From Octopus sinensis (Eukaryota): a stretch of 64,000 bases of DNA. The notes beneath the pieces are model-generated. The model was not told the DNA's origin, did no database searches, and worked only from the letters and a program-made list of their open reading frames with translations. Below, piece after piece: positions 1 to 12,891 of the stretch (position 1 is its first letter; every line of letters starts with the position of its first letter). The position numbers and the translations under genes were made by a program. The stretch spans positions 40,734,001 to 40,798,000 of the forward strand of contig NC_043015.1 in the NCBI RefSeq assembly GCF_006345805.1, written 5' to 3'.

Positions 1-429
1 CTTTGTAAAGTGGTTGGCATTAGGTAGGGCAACCAGCTGTAGGGACCATGCCCAAACAGATAATGATGCAACCCCTGGCCCTGCCAGTTCCTGTCAAACT
101 GTCCAACCCATGTCAGCAATGGAAAAGGGACATTAAATGATGATGATGACAATGATATACACATATTCATTTATTGTTTTTACATCTGTGTTTTCATGCC
201 AGCATGGGTCAGCTGAATGTTTTCAAGGCATTGTTTCCTGTCAAAGACCTTTCCTGTTTTACCACGTAGGGGATGCTTTATTCTACACATCTTTGAAGGC
301 GCAAAGCAAGCGGAAGAGCTCTTGAGAGAGGAAATGACAGAAACATCACCCATAACTGATTCTCAGAAAAGCACAAATCTAAACAAACACAAATACATGA
401 GTGTACATATGTATGTGTGTGCATGTGTA

Positions 430-586
430 TAATTAAATAGAGATAGTTATAGCTGGTCTATGGGGCTACCCAGGGTTTCAAGTCCATGAAGCACTTGGCT
501 TTACAGCATCTCTTCAGCTAAGTGCTTTGTGGACACGAAACTCTGAGTAACTCCACAGACTGGCCATTACTATCTTTATCTAATTA
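430..586. repeat. ~157-bp imperfect palindrome (foldback)
   Basis: Left arm taattaaatagagatagttatagctggtctatggggctacccagggtttcaagtccatgaagcacttggct pairs with right arm agctaagtgctttgtggacacgaaactctgagtaactccacagactggccattactatctttatctaatta; mismatches are mostly transitions; 15-nt loop. Confidence 0.85.
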
Positions 587-656
587 CTCTTCTAATGCTC
601 TCTTACTTAAAATGTGCTTCTCTTTCAGATTTATGGTTTACTGACAATATATATAT

Positions 657-1047
657 ACTCTTTTACTTGTTTCAGTCATTTGACTGCGGCCATGCTGGAG
701 CACCGCCTTTAATCGAGCAACTCGACTCCGGGACTTATTCTTTTGTAATCCCAGTACTTATTCTATCGGTCTCTTTTGCCGAACCACTAAGTAACGGGGA
801 CATAAACACACCAGCATCGATTGTCAAGCAATGCTAGGGGGACAAACACAGACACACAAACACACACACGCATATATATATATATATACACGACAGGCTT
901 CTTTCAGTTTCCGTCTACCAAATCCACTCACAAGGCTTTGGTCGGCCCGAGGCTATAGTAGAAGACACTTGCCCAAGGTGCCACGTAGTGGGACTGAACC
1001 CGGAACCATGTGGTTGGTAAACAAGCTACTTACCACACAGCCACTCC
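657..1047 (-). mobile_element. tRNA-derived SINE, family A (near full length)
   Basis: Reverse complement of the GGAGTGGCTGTGTGGTAAG...GGGTTCAGTCCC head (A/B-box-like) and the GGTGCTCCAGCATGGCCGCAGTCAAATGACTGAAACAAGTAAAAGAG tail seen in about 20 copies in the window. Confidence 0.9.
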
Positions 1048-2390
1048 ATATATATGTGTGTGTGGAGGCGCAATGGCCCAGTGGCTAGGGCAGCGGACTT
1101 GCGGTTGTAGGATCGCGGTTTCGATTCCCAGATCGGGTGTTGTGAGGTTTATTGAGCGAAAACGCCTAAAGCTCCACGAGGCTCCGTCAGGGGGTGGGGG
1201 TGGCGATCCCTGCTGTACTCTTTCGCCACAACTTTTTCTCACTCTTTCTTCTGTTGGCCTGCTCGCTTAGCCAGCAGGGTGGCGTCGTTTGAAGGCTAAG
1301 ACAATGCGAAGCACATTGTGACCAGCGATATGTAGTAACATCTGATAGCCTGTTCGGTCACGGTGATCACAGTGATATATATATATATATATACACGACA
1401 GGCTTCTTTCAGTTTCCGTCTACCAAATCCACTCACAAGGCTTTGGTCGGCCCGAGGCTATAGTAGAAGACACTTGCCCAAGGTGCCACGTAGTGGGACT
1501 GAACCCGGAACCATGTGGTTGGTAAACAAGCTACTTACCACACAGCCACTCCATATATATGTGTGTGTGGAGGCGCAATGGCCCAGTGGCTAGGGCAGCG
1601 GACTTGCGGTTGTAGGATCGCGGTTTCGATTCCCAGATCGGGTGTTGTGAGGTTTATTGAGCGAAAACGCCTAAAGCTCCACGAGGCTCCGTCAGGGGGT
1701 GGGGGTGGCGATCCCTGCTGTACTCTTTCGCCACAACTTTTTCTCACTCTTTCTTCTGTTGGCCTGCTCGCTTAGCCAGCAGGGTGGCGTCGTTTGAAGG
1801 CTAAGACAATGCGAAGCACATTGTGACCAGCGATATGTAGTAACATCTGATAGCCTGTTCGGTCACGGTGATCACAGTGATATATATATATATATATACA
1901 CGACAGGCTTCTTTCAGTTTCCGTCTACCAAATCCACTCACAAGGCTTTGGTCGGCCCGAGGCTATAGTAGAAGACACTTGCCCAAGGTGCCACGTAGTG
2001 GGACTGAACCCGGAACCATGTGGTTGGTAAACAAGCTACTTACCACACAGCCACTCCATATATATGTGTGTGTGGAGGCGCAATGGCCCAGTGGCTAGGG
2101 CAGCGGACTTGCGGTTGTAGGATCGCGGTTTCGATTCCCAGATCGGGTGTTGTGAGTGTTTATTGAGCGAAAACGCCTAAAGCTCCACGAGGCTCCGTCA
2201 GGGGGGTGGGGGTGGCGATCCCTGCTGTACTCTTTCGCCACAACTTTTTCTCACTCTTTCTTCTGTTGGCCTGCTCGCTTAGCCAGCAGGGTGGCGTCGT
2301 TTGAAGGCTAAGACAATGCGAAGCACATTGTGACCAGCGATATGTAGTAACATCTGATAGCCTGTTCGGTCACGGTGATCACAGTGATAT
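872..2390. repeat. Tandem triplication of a 505-bp unit (5' half of SINE A + full SINE B)
   Basis: Same sequence recurs at offsets of 505 bp (e.g. 1030/1535/2040); unit borders lie in (TA)n; the third copy has two 1-nt insertions. Confidence 0.95.
1062..1374 (+). mobile_element. tRNA-derived SINE, family B (copy 1 of 3; others at ~1567-1879 and ~2072-2386)
   Basis: Head GGAGGCGCAATGGCCCAGTGGCTAGGGCAGCGGACTTGCGG...GGTTTCGATTCCC with A and B boxes, followed by a non-tRNA body. Confidence 0.85.
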
Positions 2391-2924
2391 ATATATATAT
2401 TTATATATATATCACTCTCAATGCCTTAGTCAAACCCAGGGCCATGGCAAAAGGTACCCGCACAAGGTGCCGTGCAGTGGGACTGAAGTCAAAACCTCAT
2501 AGATGAGAAGACAGCCATGCACAAACATACACACGCATCAATGATTTAAAGCAGTGATTGTCAACCTTTCTAATATCCAGGTCAGATCCCAAATCTGGAT
2601 TTTCTTTAGGGGCCTCCACATCAAAAATGTAAAACAAAGAACAATTTCTATTTATAGAGGGAAGGCTGTTGGGAGCTGCCAGAAGGATGTTTGAGAGCCA
2701 CACAAGGCCCTGGCAAGATAATGTGAGAACTGCTGATTTAGAGGGTTGACGACATGCAAAAGTGTTGCCGGGGTGATAAGAGAAGCTGTAAATAATGTCT
2801 ATATACGGGGTGGGGGGTAGATTTCATCCAAAATATCGTAACTAAGAATATTACTTAATGTCTTAACCAAATAACTGCTAATAGTGTTGATTTTAACAAA
2901 GACCCACCCCACAGGATTTTAACA

Positions 2925-3210
2925 CAGGCTCACAATCATGAGGCAGTGAGTTCGATTCCTAGACCATGCTGTGCATTGTGTTCTTGAGCAAGACACTTTA
3001 TTTCATGTTGCTCCATTTCACTCATCAACGGTGCCAAGCTGTATCAGCCTTCGCCTCTCCCTTGGATAACATCGATGGCATGGAGAGGAGGAGGCTGTCA
3101 TGCATAGGCGATTGCTGGTCTTCCACAAATAACCTTGCCTGAACTTGTACCTTTGAGGGTAACTTTGTAGGTGCAGATTTCATGGTCTTTCATGACTGAA
3201 GGGGGGTCTT
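2925..3210 (+). mobile_element. Old tRNA-derived SINE remnant
   Basis: B-box GAGTTCGATTCC followed by TTGTGTTCTTGAGCAAGACACTT, a typical SINE central motif. Confidence 0.6.
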
Positions 3211-3639
3211 CACCCACCCCACATGTCTAGAAGGTGGGGAGAAGGGGTGACAACAGTCAAAACCTTCAGGAGCTGACTGACGGTCCCTACTTTGTCATTC
3301 TCTCAAAACCCAACTTCAACTGGAATTGAACTCAGAACACAGAGAACAGTAACTAAACACTGCAGATGACTTCAGTAATTTGATTTATTCTCAAGATGGT
3401 AGTAATGATGATGATGATGATGATGACGACAATGATGATGATGATGATGATCTTGGTTATACTGTTGTTTTAATTTGAGCTTTGCAATTAATTAAATTTT
3501 ACAAATTAAAGATCATTTCTAAACATATAAGACTTAAAAGAAAAAATATTTAATAAAAAATATTTAATATTAAGTTTTCAATAAGTAAAATGGTCATTAT
3601 ATTTTTCAATGTTATTTTTTAAATTTTCATTGATATTAC

Positions 3640-4020
3640 AAATTTTGATAAAATAAGTACCAGTTGAATACTGGGGTCAACGTAGTTGACTAGGCCCCTT
3701 CCCAAAATTGTTGGTCTTGCGCCAAAATTTAAAACCATTTGCCTTTCATCCTTTTGTGGTTGATTAAATAAGTACCAGTTATGCACTGGAGTTGATGTAA
3801 TAGGCTTACTCCCTCCCCCTCAAATTTCAGGCCTTGTGCCTATAATAGAAATGTTCTGAGTTCAAACTCCGCCAAGGTCGGCTTTGCCTTTCATCCTTTT
3901 GGGGTCAATTAAATAAGTACCAGTTTAGCACTGGGCTTGATGTAAATGACTTAAACCCTTTGTCTGTCCTTGTTTGTCCCCTCTATGTTTAGCTCCCTCT
4001 GGGCAATAAAGAAATAAATC
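3640..4020 (+). mobile_element. Three partial SINE family C copies in tandem
   Basis: Repeated TAAATAAGTACCAGTT...CTGGGGTCGATGTAAT block shared with the copies at 43380 and 31924. Confidence 0.7.
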
Positions 4021-5022
4021 ATCATTATTATTATTATTATTATTTAATACCAGTCCCAGGCAACCCATGATCAAAGACATCTCAGCTGTCACCATTCCAG
4101 ACAAATTAGTAGTCACAGTGTATCTAGGATTACATTATGCAATGGAGGTTCTTCATAATTTTAAAGACAGTAGTAGTGTGTGATTTAAGGGAGATTTGGC
4201 TGTTATTTTTAGGATGTCAAGTGATAATGAGGAAGCTTCCTCATCAAACTGGAGTCAGTTGTATAATTGCTGTCTAATGAAAGGTCAACCATGACCAATC
4301 AGATCAGAGGCGGTTGAGATGGTGATGATGGTGGTGGTGATGATACTGATAACATTGTTGCTTGGCCTTAAGTCAGCAGTGACCAAATGAATCAAAGACA
4401 ATCCAGCCATGATCATCCCTCTTCAGAGACACTGCTATATTTACACCTCTCTTGATTTATCCTCCCACTGTTTTCTAGGATGATGCTTAAGGGAAATTTG
4501 GCTGCTATTTCTCTCATGCTGAGCCACCACCACAACTACTACCACCACCACCACCACCACCACCACCACCACTACTACTACAGAAGCTAATTCTCAGACA
4601 AGCTAAATATAGAAAATTCTGGTGGATATTTAGACTACTAAACAGGCTGCTGACCCATTTAACTCACCCTAGACCAGATTTGACTTATTTTAGATAGGGG
4701 TGGGCATGGGATGTAGTTATGTACCCAAGAGATCTCAATCATAACTAATGGAGCATTGGGAGAGCAGGGAGGAGGGTATGTTTATATATATGTGTGTGTG
4801 TGTGTGTGGTGTGTGTATGCGCATGCACATGTGTGTGTGTGTGTATCTATGTGTGTGCATCTATGTGTGAGTGCATGTGTGTGTGTATGCATATGTGTGT
4901 GCGTGCGTGTATGTATGTGTGTGTGTGTGTGGTTTTTGTGCTTAGCACCTGCTCCCTCCACCCCAGAAAGATACCCATCTTAAGATTTAAACATTCACCC
5001 ATACTAACAAGTACATACACAT

Positions 5023-5065
<43 letters not shown>

Positions 5066-5135
5066 AAGAGAGAGAGGGAAATAGAGAGACTCCATATGTC
5101 TGTCTGTGAAGTAAACTATGGAGCCAAAGTAAGTA

Positions 5136-5168
<33 letters not shown>

Positions 5169-5686
5169 TCATATATAAATGCATATATAGCTTTACATAA
5201 ACATATACACACAAAAAATAAAAGCACGCACATATATATATATATACATATATGTATATTTTATACACACATAGATAAGGACAAAAGTATTATATGTATA
5301 CACACACACACACACACACAAATGCAAAGAACACTCTGCATATGTAGTAATAGCCATGGCTGTCACCAAAATAGAGACACGCCCCTAAAGCCTAATTCTA
5401 ACCCTTTTATTACTGTAGTGACACTTCCCCACCACCACCACCACCACCACCACCACCACCACCACCACCACCACCCAGTCCCCACACCCACACAGTACAA
5501 CTATAGACTGTTATTTAGTTACAGTCCTCGCTTTCTCAAACAATACCTCCACCACCATCACCACCACAGCTATACTACCACCACTACAACCCTGCCCACA
5601 CACCCAACAATTGTCAAATTTGCTGGAATGGAAAAAAAAATCACCATTCTTTCTAAACATACATAACATGTACCTACACACAAACA

Positions 5687-5720
<34 letters not shown>

Positions 5721-5722
<2 letters not shown>

Positions 5723-5980
5723 TTTATTTGTTTTAGTCACTTGACTGCGGCCATGCTGGAGCACTGCCTTTAAACAGACAAATCAACCCCAGGACTTATT
5801 ATTTGTAAGCCTAGTACTTATATTATCAGTCTCTTGCCGAACTGCTAAGTTACGGGAATGTAAACGCACCAGCATCCAGTATCGGTTGTCAAGCGATGGT
5901 GGGGGGACAAACACAAACACACAAATACACACACACTCACCCACCGCACACATATATGTATATGTATATGTATATATATA

Positions 5981-6018
<38 letters not shown>

Positions 6019-6180
6019 CGGGCTTCTTTCAGTTTCCATCTACCAAATCTACTCACAAAGGCTCTGGTCGGCCCGAGGCTATAGTAGAAGACACTTGCCC
6101 AAGGTGTCACACAGTGGAGCTGAACCCAGAACCATGTGGTTCGTAAGCAATCTACTTACCACACAGCCACTCCTGCGCCT
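5721..6180 (-). mobile_element. SINE family A
   Basis: Full head and tail, internal (TA)n expansion. Confidence 0.9.
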
Positions 6181-6182
6181 AC

Positions 6183-6213
<31 letters not shown>

Positions 6214-6523
6214 CCTAACAAGAGGCCGAGACAGGTAGGAGAACAACAAACAAGGTGTTCTCATTTGACGATTAGGAAAAATGGAAGAGCCTTTGATGTT
6301 TGGAGCAAATGACTTCTATAGAAATGTACAAGGAAGGAAAACAGACGTAAAAGAGAAAGAAAAAACGTGTGTGTGTGTGTGTGTGAGCATGAACAAGCAT
6401 ATGTGTATACATAAACATATATACATACAGGAACCAACAGGTAGTCTTCAACCGCAGTTCGGCAAAAGAGACCGATAGAATAAGTATATATGTATATATA
6501 TATGTGTGTATATATATATGTAC

Positions 6524-6555
<32 letters not shown>

Positions 6556-6699
6556 ATATTTGGTATAGTTTGACATTATACACAAAAATGATAGAGAAAA
6601 TGTGTCATTAAACTAATTAGATTAACTGTTAACAATAATTAACACCAATTACAGCCAAGTCAATGGCATAGCATTGGGGAAGCCAATAATAATAATAAT

Positions 6700-7795
6700 C
6701 TTTTCTATTATAGGCACAAGACCTGAAATTTTGGACGAAGGAGCTAATTAATTACACTGACCCGAGTGCTCGTAATAATTGTGTTTTCCAATTTACGCAC
6801 AAGGCCAGCAAACCTGACGGGAGAAGTACTCAATTACATCAACCTCAGCATTTAGTCGGTATTTTGTGTTTATCGAACTCAGAGGGGACGAAAGGCAGAG
6901 CTAACCTTGGTGGGATTCGAACTCAGAATGCAAAGATCCAGAAGAAAGAACATAAAGCATTTTTTCCAGATGCTTTCACGAATCTGCCAGCCTGCTGCCC
7001 TAATTGCAATAAAGATGGTTTCGAATTTTGACACCAGGCCAGCAATTTTGAGCAGAAGGAGGGGTAGCCAATGGCACTGACCCCCAGAACTAGTACTTGT
7101 ACTTTATCGACCCTGGAGGAATGAAAGGTAGAGTTAACCTTAGCAGAATTTGAACTCAGAATGTAATAAGTCAGAAGAAATATTGTTAGGCATTTTTTTC
7201 TCAACATACTGATTCTCTCAACTCTCCACCTTAATAATAATAATAATAATAATATAATAATGATAATAATAATAATAGACTGGCTCCCATGATGGTGACA
7301 TGTAGAAAGCACCATTCGAGCTTGGTAGATGCCAGTGCCACCTGTCTGGTCCCGTGCCGGTGGCACATAAAAAGCACCATTTGAGCATGGTTGTTGCCAG
7401 TGCTGCCTCATCGGCTCCCATACCAGTGGCACGTAAAAAGCACCCACTACACTCTCAGAGTGGTTGGCATAAGGAAGGGCATCCACCTGTAGAAACATTG
7501 CCAGATCGGATTGGAGCCTGGTGGAACCTTCTGGCTCGCCAGCCCTTAGTCAAACCGTCCCACCCATGCCAACAATGATGATCAATAGTCTAAGATGCAA
7601 GCCGGTGGAATCGTTGGCACACTAGGTAAAATGCTTAGTGGCATTTCATCTGTTCTGAGATTGAATTCCGCCAAGGTTGACAATGCCACTCGTCCTTTTG
7701 GTATCAATAACATAAATACCAGTCAAAACCTGGGGTCCATGTAATCAACTTAACCTTTCCCTGATTTTGCTGGCCCTGTGTCAAAACTTTGTAAC

Positions 7796-7833
<38 letters not shown>

Positions 7834-8050
7834 GTTTCAAATTTTTCCACAAGGGTAGCAATTTTGGGGGAAGGTAATACTGGGGTCGATGTAATCAACC
7901 CCAGTATTCAACTGGTACTTATGTTATCAACCCTCGAAGGACGAAAGGCAAAGTTGACCTCAGTGGAATTTGAACTCAGAATGTAGCTACGGCCGAAATA
8001 CTGCTAAGCATTTCGTCCAGGACACTAACAATTCTGCCAGCTCGCCACCT
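6700..8050. mobile_element. Cluster of SINE C copies (both strands) and one SINE D copy separated by (TAA)n
   Basis: C-type motif GAAAGGCAAAGTTGACCTC..GGAATTTGAACTCAGAA at ~6890, 7125, 7945 (-) and 7650 (+); D-type GTGGTTGGCATAAGGAAGGGCATCC at ~7460. Confidence 0.75.
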
Positions 8051-8256
8051 TAATAATAACAACAATAGTAGAAGTAGAATTTCTAACATAGGCACAGGGC
8101 CATCCACATTAGGAGGATAGGGGTCAGCAGGTTAAACTAAGCCCAGTACTTCCCAGATAGCTTATTTATTTTGACCCAGGAAGTTTGAAAGATAAAGCAG
8201 ACCCCAGCAAGATTTGAATTTCGAATGTAGAGAACCAGTAAAAAAAAATCTAAGCA

Positions 8257-8665
8257 TAGGCATAGGAGTGGCTGTGTGGTGAGTAGCTTGCTTACGAACC
8301 ACATGGTTCTGGGTTCAGTCCCACTGTGTGGCAACTTGGGCAAGTGTCTTCTACTATAGCCTTGGGCTGACCAAAGACTTGTGAGTGGATTTGGTAGATG
8401 GAAACTGAAAGAAGCCCATCGTATATATGTATGTATATGCATGTGTGTGTATATGTTTGTGTGTCTGTGTTTGTCCCCCCCCCCAACATAGCTTGACAGC
8501 CAATGCTGGTGTGTTTACATCCCCGTAACTTAGCGGTTCGGCAAAAGAGACAGATAGAATAAGTACTAGGCTTCCAAAGAATAAGTCCTGGGGTCGAGTT
8601 GCACGACTAATGGTGGTACTCCAACATGGCCACAGTCAAATGACTGAAACAAGTAAAAGAGTAAG
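8257..8665 (+). mobile_element. SINE family A
   Basis: Full head and tail. Confidence 0.9.
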
Positions 8666-9330
8666 CATTTTGTCCTGACACTGAAATGATCCTGCCAAAT
8701 GTTTCTAGCAGAAGCACAACGCAGAACACTTCATGATTTTCACCACTATACCATACACAAAATGCCAGTAGCTCAGACATTTTCATCACACATCCACCCC
8801 ATGAAAAGGGGCAGAAACCCTATGCTGGGTTGTCTCTTGTAAAACCACCCTTCTCCTCCAAACTCCTCTGCCTCTCTCCATCCCATTACAACCACTTTGT
8901 GGCTAATGAGTCTGGAATTATAATCTCCTTTGTTGTTGGATACTGTCTGGCACACCCTGTGGTCTGTTGAGGCTGCTGACCAGAGGTGGTTAAATAATTC
9001 AGTTTTCAGGACAGTCTGACCCTAGTCGAAAGGTCAGCCTAACATTTCACATCTAACTCCCATGAAAGGTATAATAGCTGTTATCTCCCTGCTTGTACTC
9101 ACACACATATATACAAGCATACCCCAAGCACCCTTATAACTATATATATATATATATATAATATATATATATATACACATATAGATATATACTCCAAAGA
9201 GACTGCTATTTAACTGAGTCATCAAGATTTGTATTATTTAGTAAAATCAATAAAACAGATGGAGTGAAGTTACCGTGGGTGGGGAAAATTCAATGTTCTG
9301 GCCAATGGCCTTCTTTAGGAAAAGGTTGTC

Positions 9331-9372
<42 letters not shown>

Positions 9373-9390
9373 AACACATATATTCTATAA

Positions 9391-9585
9391 TTCTTTTACT
9401 TGTTTCAGTCACTTGACAGCAGCCATGCTGGAGCACCGCCCCCAGGACATATTCATTGTAAGCCTAGTACATATTCTATCAGTCTGTTTCCCCAAATTAC
9501 TACATTATGGGGATGTGAACACACCAGCATTGGTTGTCAAACGATGGTGAAGGGACAAACACAAACATACAGATGTGTGTGTATG

Positions 9586-9616
<31 letters not shown>

Positions 9617-9778
9617 CATGGGCTTCTTATAGTTTGTGTCTACCAAAACCACTCACAAAGTTTTGGTTGGCCCGAGGCTATAGTAGAAGACACTTGCCCA
9701 AGGTGCCATGCAGTGGGACTGAACCCGGAACCATTGTGGCTTGGAAGCAAGCTTCTTACCACACAGCCACTCCTGTGC
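9391..9778 (-). mobile_element. SINE family A
   Basis: Full head and tail; head-to-head with the copy at 9987. Confidence 0.85.
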
Positions 9779-9933
9779 TTATTATATATATGTATGTATA
9801 TATATATATACTATATATATATATATATAATATTATATATACATATATATATGTATGTATGTATGTATATATAATATACATATTATATATAATACATATA
9901 TTATATATATATACATATATATATATTATATAC

Positions 9934-9982
<49 letters not shown>

Positions 9983-9986
9983 GTAA

Positions 9987-10212
9987 GCGCAGGCGTGGCT
10001 ATGTGGTAAGAAGCTTGCATCCCAACCACATGGTTCCAGGTTCAGTCCCACTGCATGGCACCTTGGGCAAGTGTCTTCTACTATAGACTCAGGCCAACCA
10101 AACCCTTTCCAGTGGATTTGGTAGATGGAAACTGAAAGAAGCCTGTCGTATATGTGTCTGACCATTGCTTGACAACCGATGTTTGTATGTTTACATCCAC
10201 ATAACTTAGCGG
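9987..10212 (+). mobile_element. SINE family A (3' truncated)
   Basis: Head and body match family A. Confidence 0.85.
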
Positions 10213-10485
10213 TCCTACAGATTATAACCTCGCATAACAAATATATTCTTAAAAGTAAAAGGGTTTCACTTAGTAACTGTAATAACATTACTAACGATAA
10301 TCTCCCCTTAAATAAAAGGATCAATTAGGGTTAGGGTTAGTCCTTGTAACTGTGGTCCTCGACAGAAACTGCAGAATTACAAACGCTGTTTACCAATGCA
10401 AAATGACTTCTGGATCTAAAGAACTCTTTTTTATTGGACTTGCTTGCATGGAATTGATATGGTGTACCTGTGTATATGTGTGCAT

Positions 10486-10839
10486 TTATATGTATACAAT
10501 GTTATATATATAATATATATATACAAATGCTATATATATATAGATATATATATACATACATATAGATATATATAGACAGTACATACATACATATAGATAT
10601 ATATATACATACAGACATATATAATATAGATCTACATACATATATATATATATATACATACCATACAATACAATCATATATATATATATATACATACATA
10701 CATATATATATATATATACAGACATACATATATCATATATAATATACATACATACATATAGAATTATATATATACATACATACATTATATATACATACAT
10801 ACATATATATATATATTACATACATATATATAATATACA

Positions 10840-10897
<58 letters not shown>

Positions 10898-11249
10898 CAT
10901 ATATTATATATATACATATTAGATATATATATATACAACATATATACATATATAGATAGAATCATATATAATATATATACAGTATATATATATATATACA
11001 TATATTATAGATATACATATATATATACATATAGATATATATATACATAATATATATATACATATATATATACATATATATATATATACATATAGATAAT
11101 ACATATATATATATACATATACATATATATATATATATTACATATACTATATATACATATACATATATATACATATATATATATACATATATATATTATA
11201 CATTATATATATTACTATACATATATATACATATATATAATATACATAT

Positions 11250-11283
<34 letters not shown>

Positions 11284-11319
11284 ACATATATATAATATAC
11301 ATATATATACATATATATA

Positions 11320-11360
<41 letters not shown>

Positions 11361-11434
11361 TATTACATATACATATATATATACATATATATACAATACA
11401 TATAATATACATATACATATATATATACATATAC

Positions 11435-11467
<33 letters not shown>

Positions 11468-11620
11468 CATAATATATACATATATATATACATATATATA
11501 CACACACAATATACACATATATATACACATATATATATATATATACACACACACACAGACACACACATATATATATGTGCATGTATATATATATATATGT
11601 GCATGTATACATATATGTCA
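10486..11620. repeat. Degenerate (TA)n/(TACA)n microsatellite field
   Basis: About 1.1 kb of TA/TACA repeats. Confidence 0.95.
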
Positions 11621-11680
11621 TATATTGTAATTTCCTACATCTGTTAAAATGTCTTAGTGATGGACACTGTTGTTTATATC

Positions 11681-11765
11681 TTCCCTGATGAGATTGATAC
11701 ATTGTTCCACATTATTCATCCTTTCAGATTTATTTCAACGTATCTATTGAAACATATGTCGGTGA
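11681..11765 (+). ncRNA. Minimal type-I hammerhead ribozyme motif with long stem II
   Basis: CTGATGA (11685-11691); stem II gattgatacattg/caacgtatctatt with a large loop; GAAAC-ATAT-GTC (11749-11760); weak stem I cc/gg. Confidence 0.6.
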
Positions 11766-11811
11766 CATGGTGATATAAATGATTTGTCTCCCTTTTCCAT
11801 TATTCTTATAT

Positions 11812-12063
11812 ATCCTTTACTGGTTTCAGCCCAGGGCAGAGGTCATGCTGGAGCACCACCTGTAGTTACTCGGTGTTGCTTCCGGTATTGCTTTTGGTGA
11901 AGTAGCGACTTGGACAGAGCTGCTCTTCTTTCCGTCTCCTGCCATGATGTGGGTTCATCTGGTATCTCAGATAAAAACCTGTCCAGATGTTCCTTGAGAA
12001 CTTGCACAAGGTTGCCTGGCAGGATGTTGAACAATTGCAGGCCCTTGAAACACAGACTAAGTA
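11812..12063 (-). mobile_element. 3' end of a CR1-like LINE (ORF2 C-terminus + tail)
   Basis: SLCFKGLQLFNILPGNL..LKEHLDRFLSEIPDEPT resembles a CR1-group ORF2 C-terminus; ends in a GGTGCTCCAGCATG...CTGAAACCAGTAAAGGATA tail. Confidence 0.7.
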
Positions 12064-12805
12064 GGTTCCGCATGAACTCAATGAAAATCAGAAACAGCAA
12101 CGTTTGGAAGCCTGCATTATGCTACTTTCTCGACACAAAAATGAAACATTTTTGAATCAAATTGTAACATGTGATGAGAAATGGATCCAATACAGCAACT
12201 GTAAACGTTCAGCACAATGGTTGGAGAAAGACGAGCCGCTAAAACACAATCCAAAAAGCAAAATTCATCAAAAGAAGCTGATGGTGAGTGTTTGGTGGTC
12301 TGGCGCAGGTGTGATCCATTATGATTTCATTAAACCTGGCTCATCAATCACGGCCAAAGTATACTGCAGCCAACTGGACCAAATGATGCAGAAACTTACA
12401 AAAAACCCCAGCTTAGATTAGTCAACAGATCCACTCCTATTTTATCGCAAGACAACGCCAGACCACACATCATGAAAATACAGGAGTTGCAGTTGGAAGT
12501 TCTCCATCATCCACCATACTCACCTGATCTTGCTTCCACTCACTACCACTTCTTCCAGAATTTGGATAAATTTTTGATAGGGAAAAAGAAAATTTAATTC
12601 TAACGATGGTGTAAAACAGGCCAAGATTTTATTGACTCAAGATTGCCAGGCTTTTACAGTTCCGGGCTGGACAAGCTACTGCTGAAATGGCAATAGTGTC
12701 TTGACAATATGGCTGCATACTTTGAGGAATAAAACTATTCCTTGTATTTATGAAACATTAGCAAACTATTTTTTCTTTTCTACAAATTTCATACTTAACA
12801 AGCTA
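12064..12805 (+). mobile_element. Decayed mariner (DD34D-type) transposase remnant, 5' truncated
   Basis: Motifs VPHEL, IVTCDEKWIQY, KLMVSVWW, QDNARPH, HPPYSPDLAS..YHFF with frameshifts and stops. Confidence 0.92.
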
Positions 12806-12852
12806 ATATATACATATATATAGACATCTACATATATATACATACATATACA

Positions 12853-12891
<39 letters not shown>

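Noticed and set aside
1062-1135. tRNA-like sequence
   Set aside because: SINE head continuing into a repeat body, with no proper acceptor stem
831-2098. Recurring ORFs [30 protein letters not shown] and [12 protein letters not shown]
   Set aside because: Translations of the antisense strand of SINE A; they recur in every copy and are not genes
5322-5666. Poly-His ORF
   Set aside because: (CAC)n microsatellite with no domain or splice support
10325-10340. TTAGGG telomeric-like repeat
   Set aside because: Fewer than three units; not a telomere or fusion site
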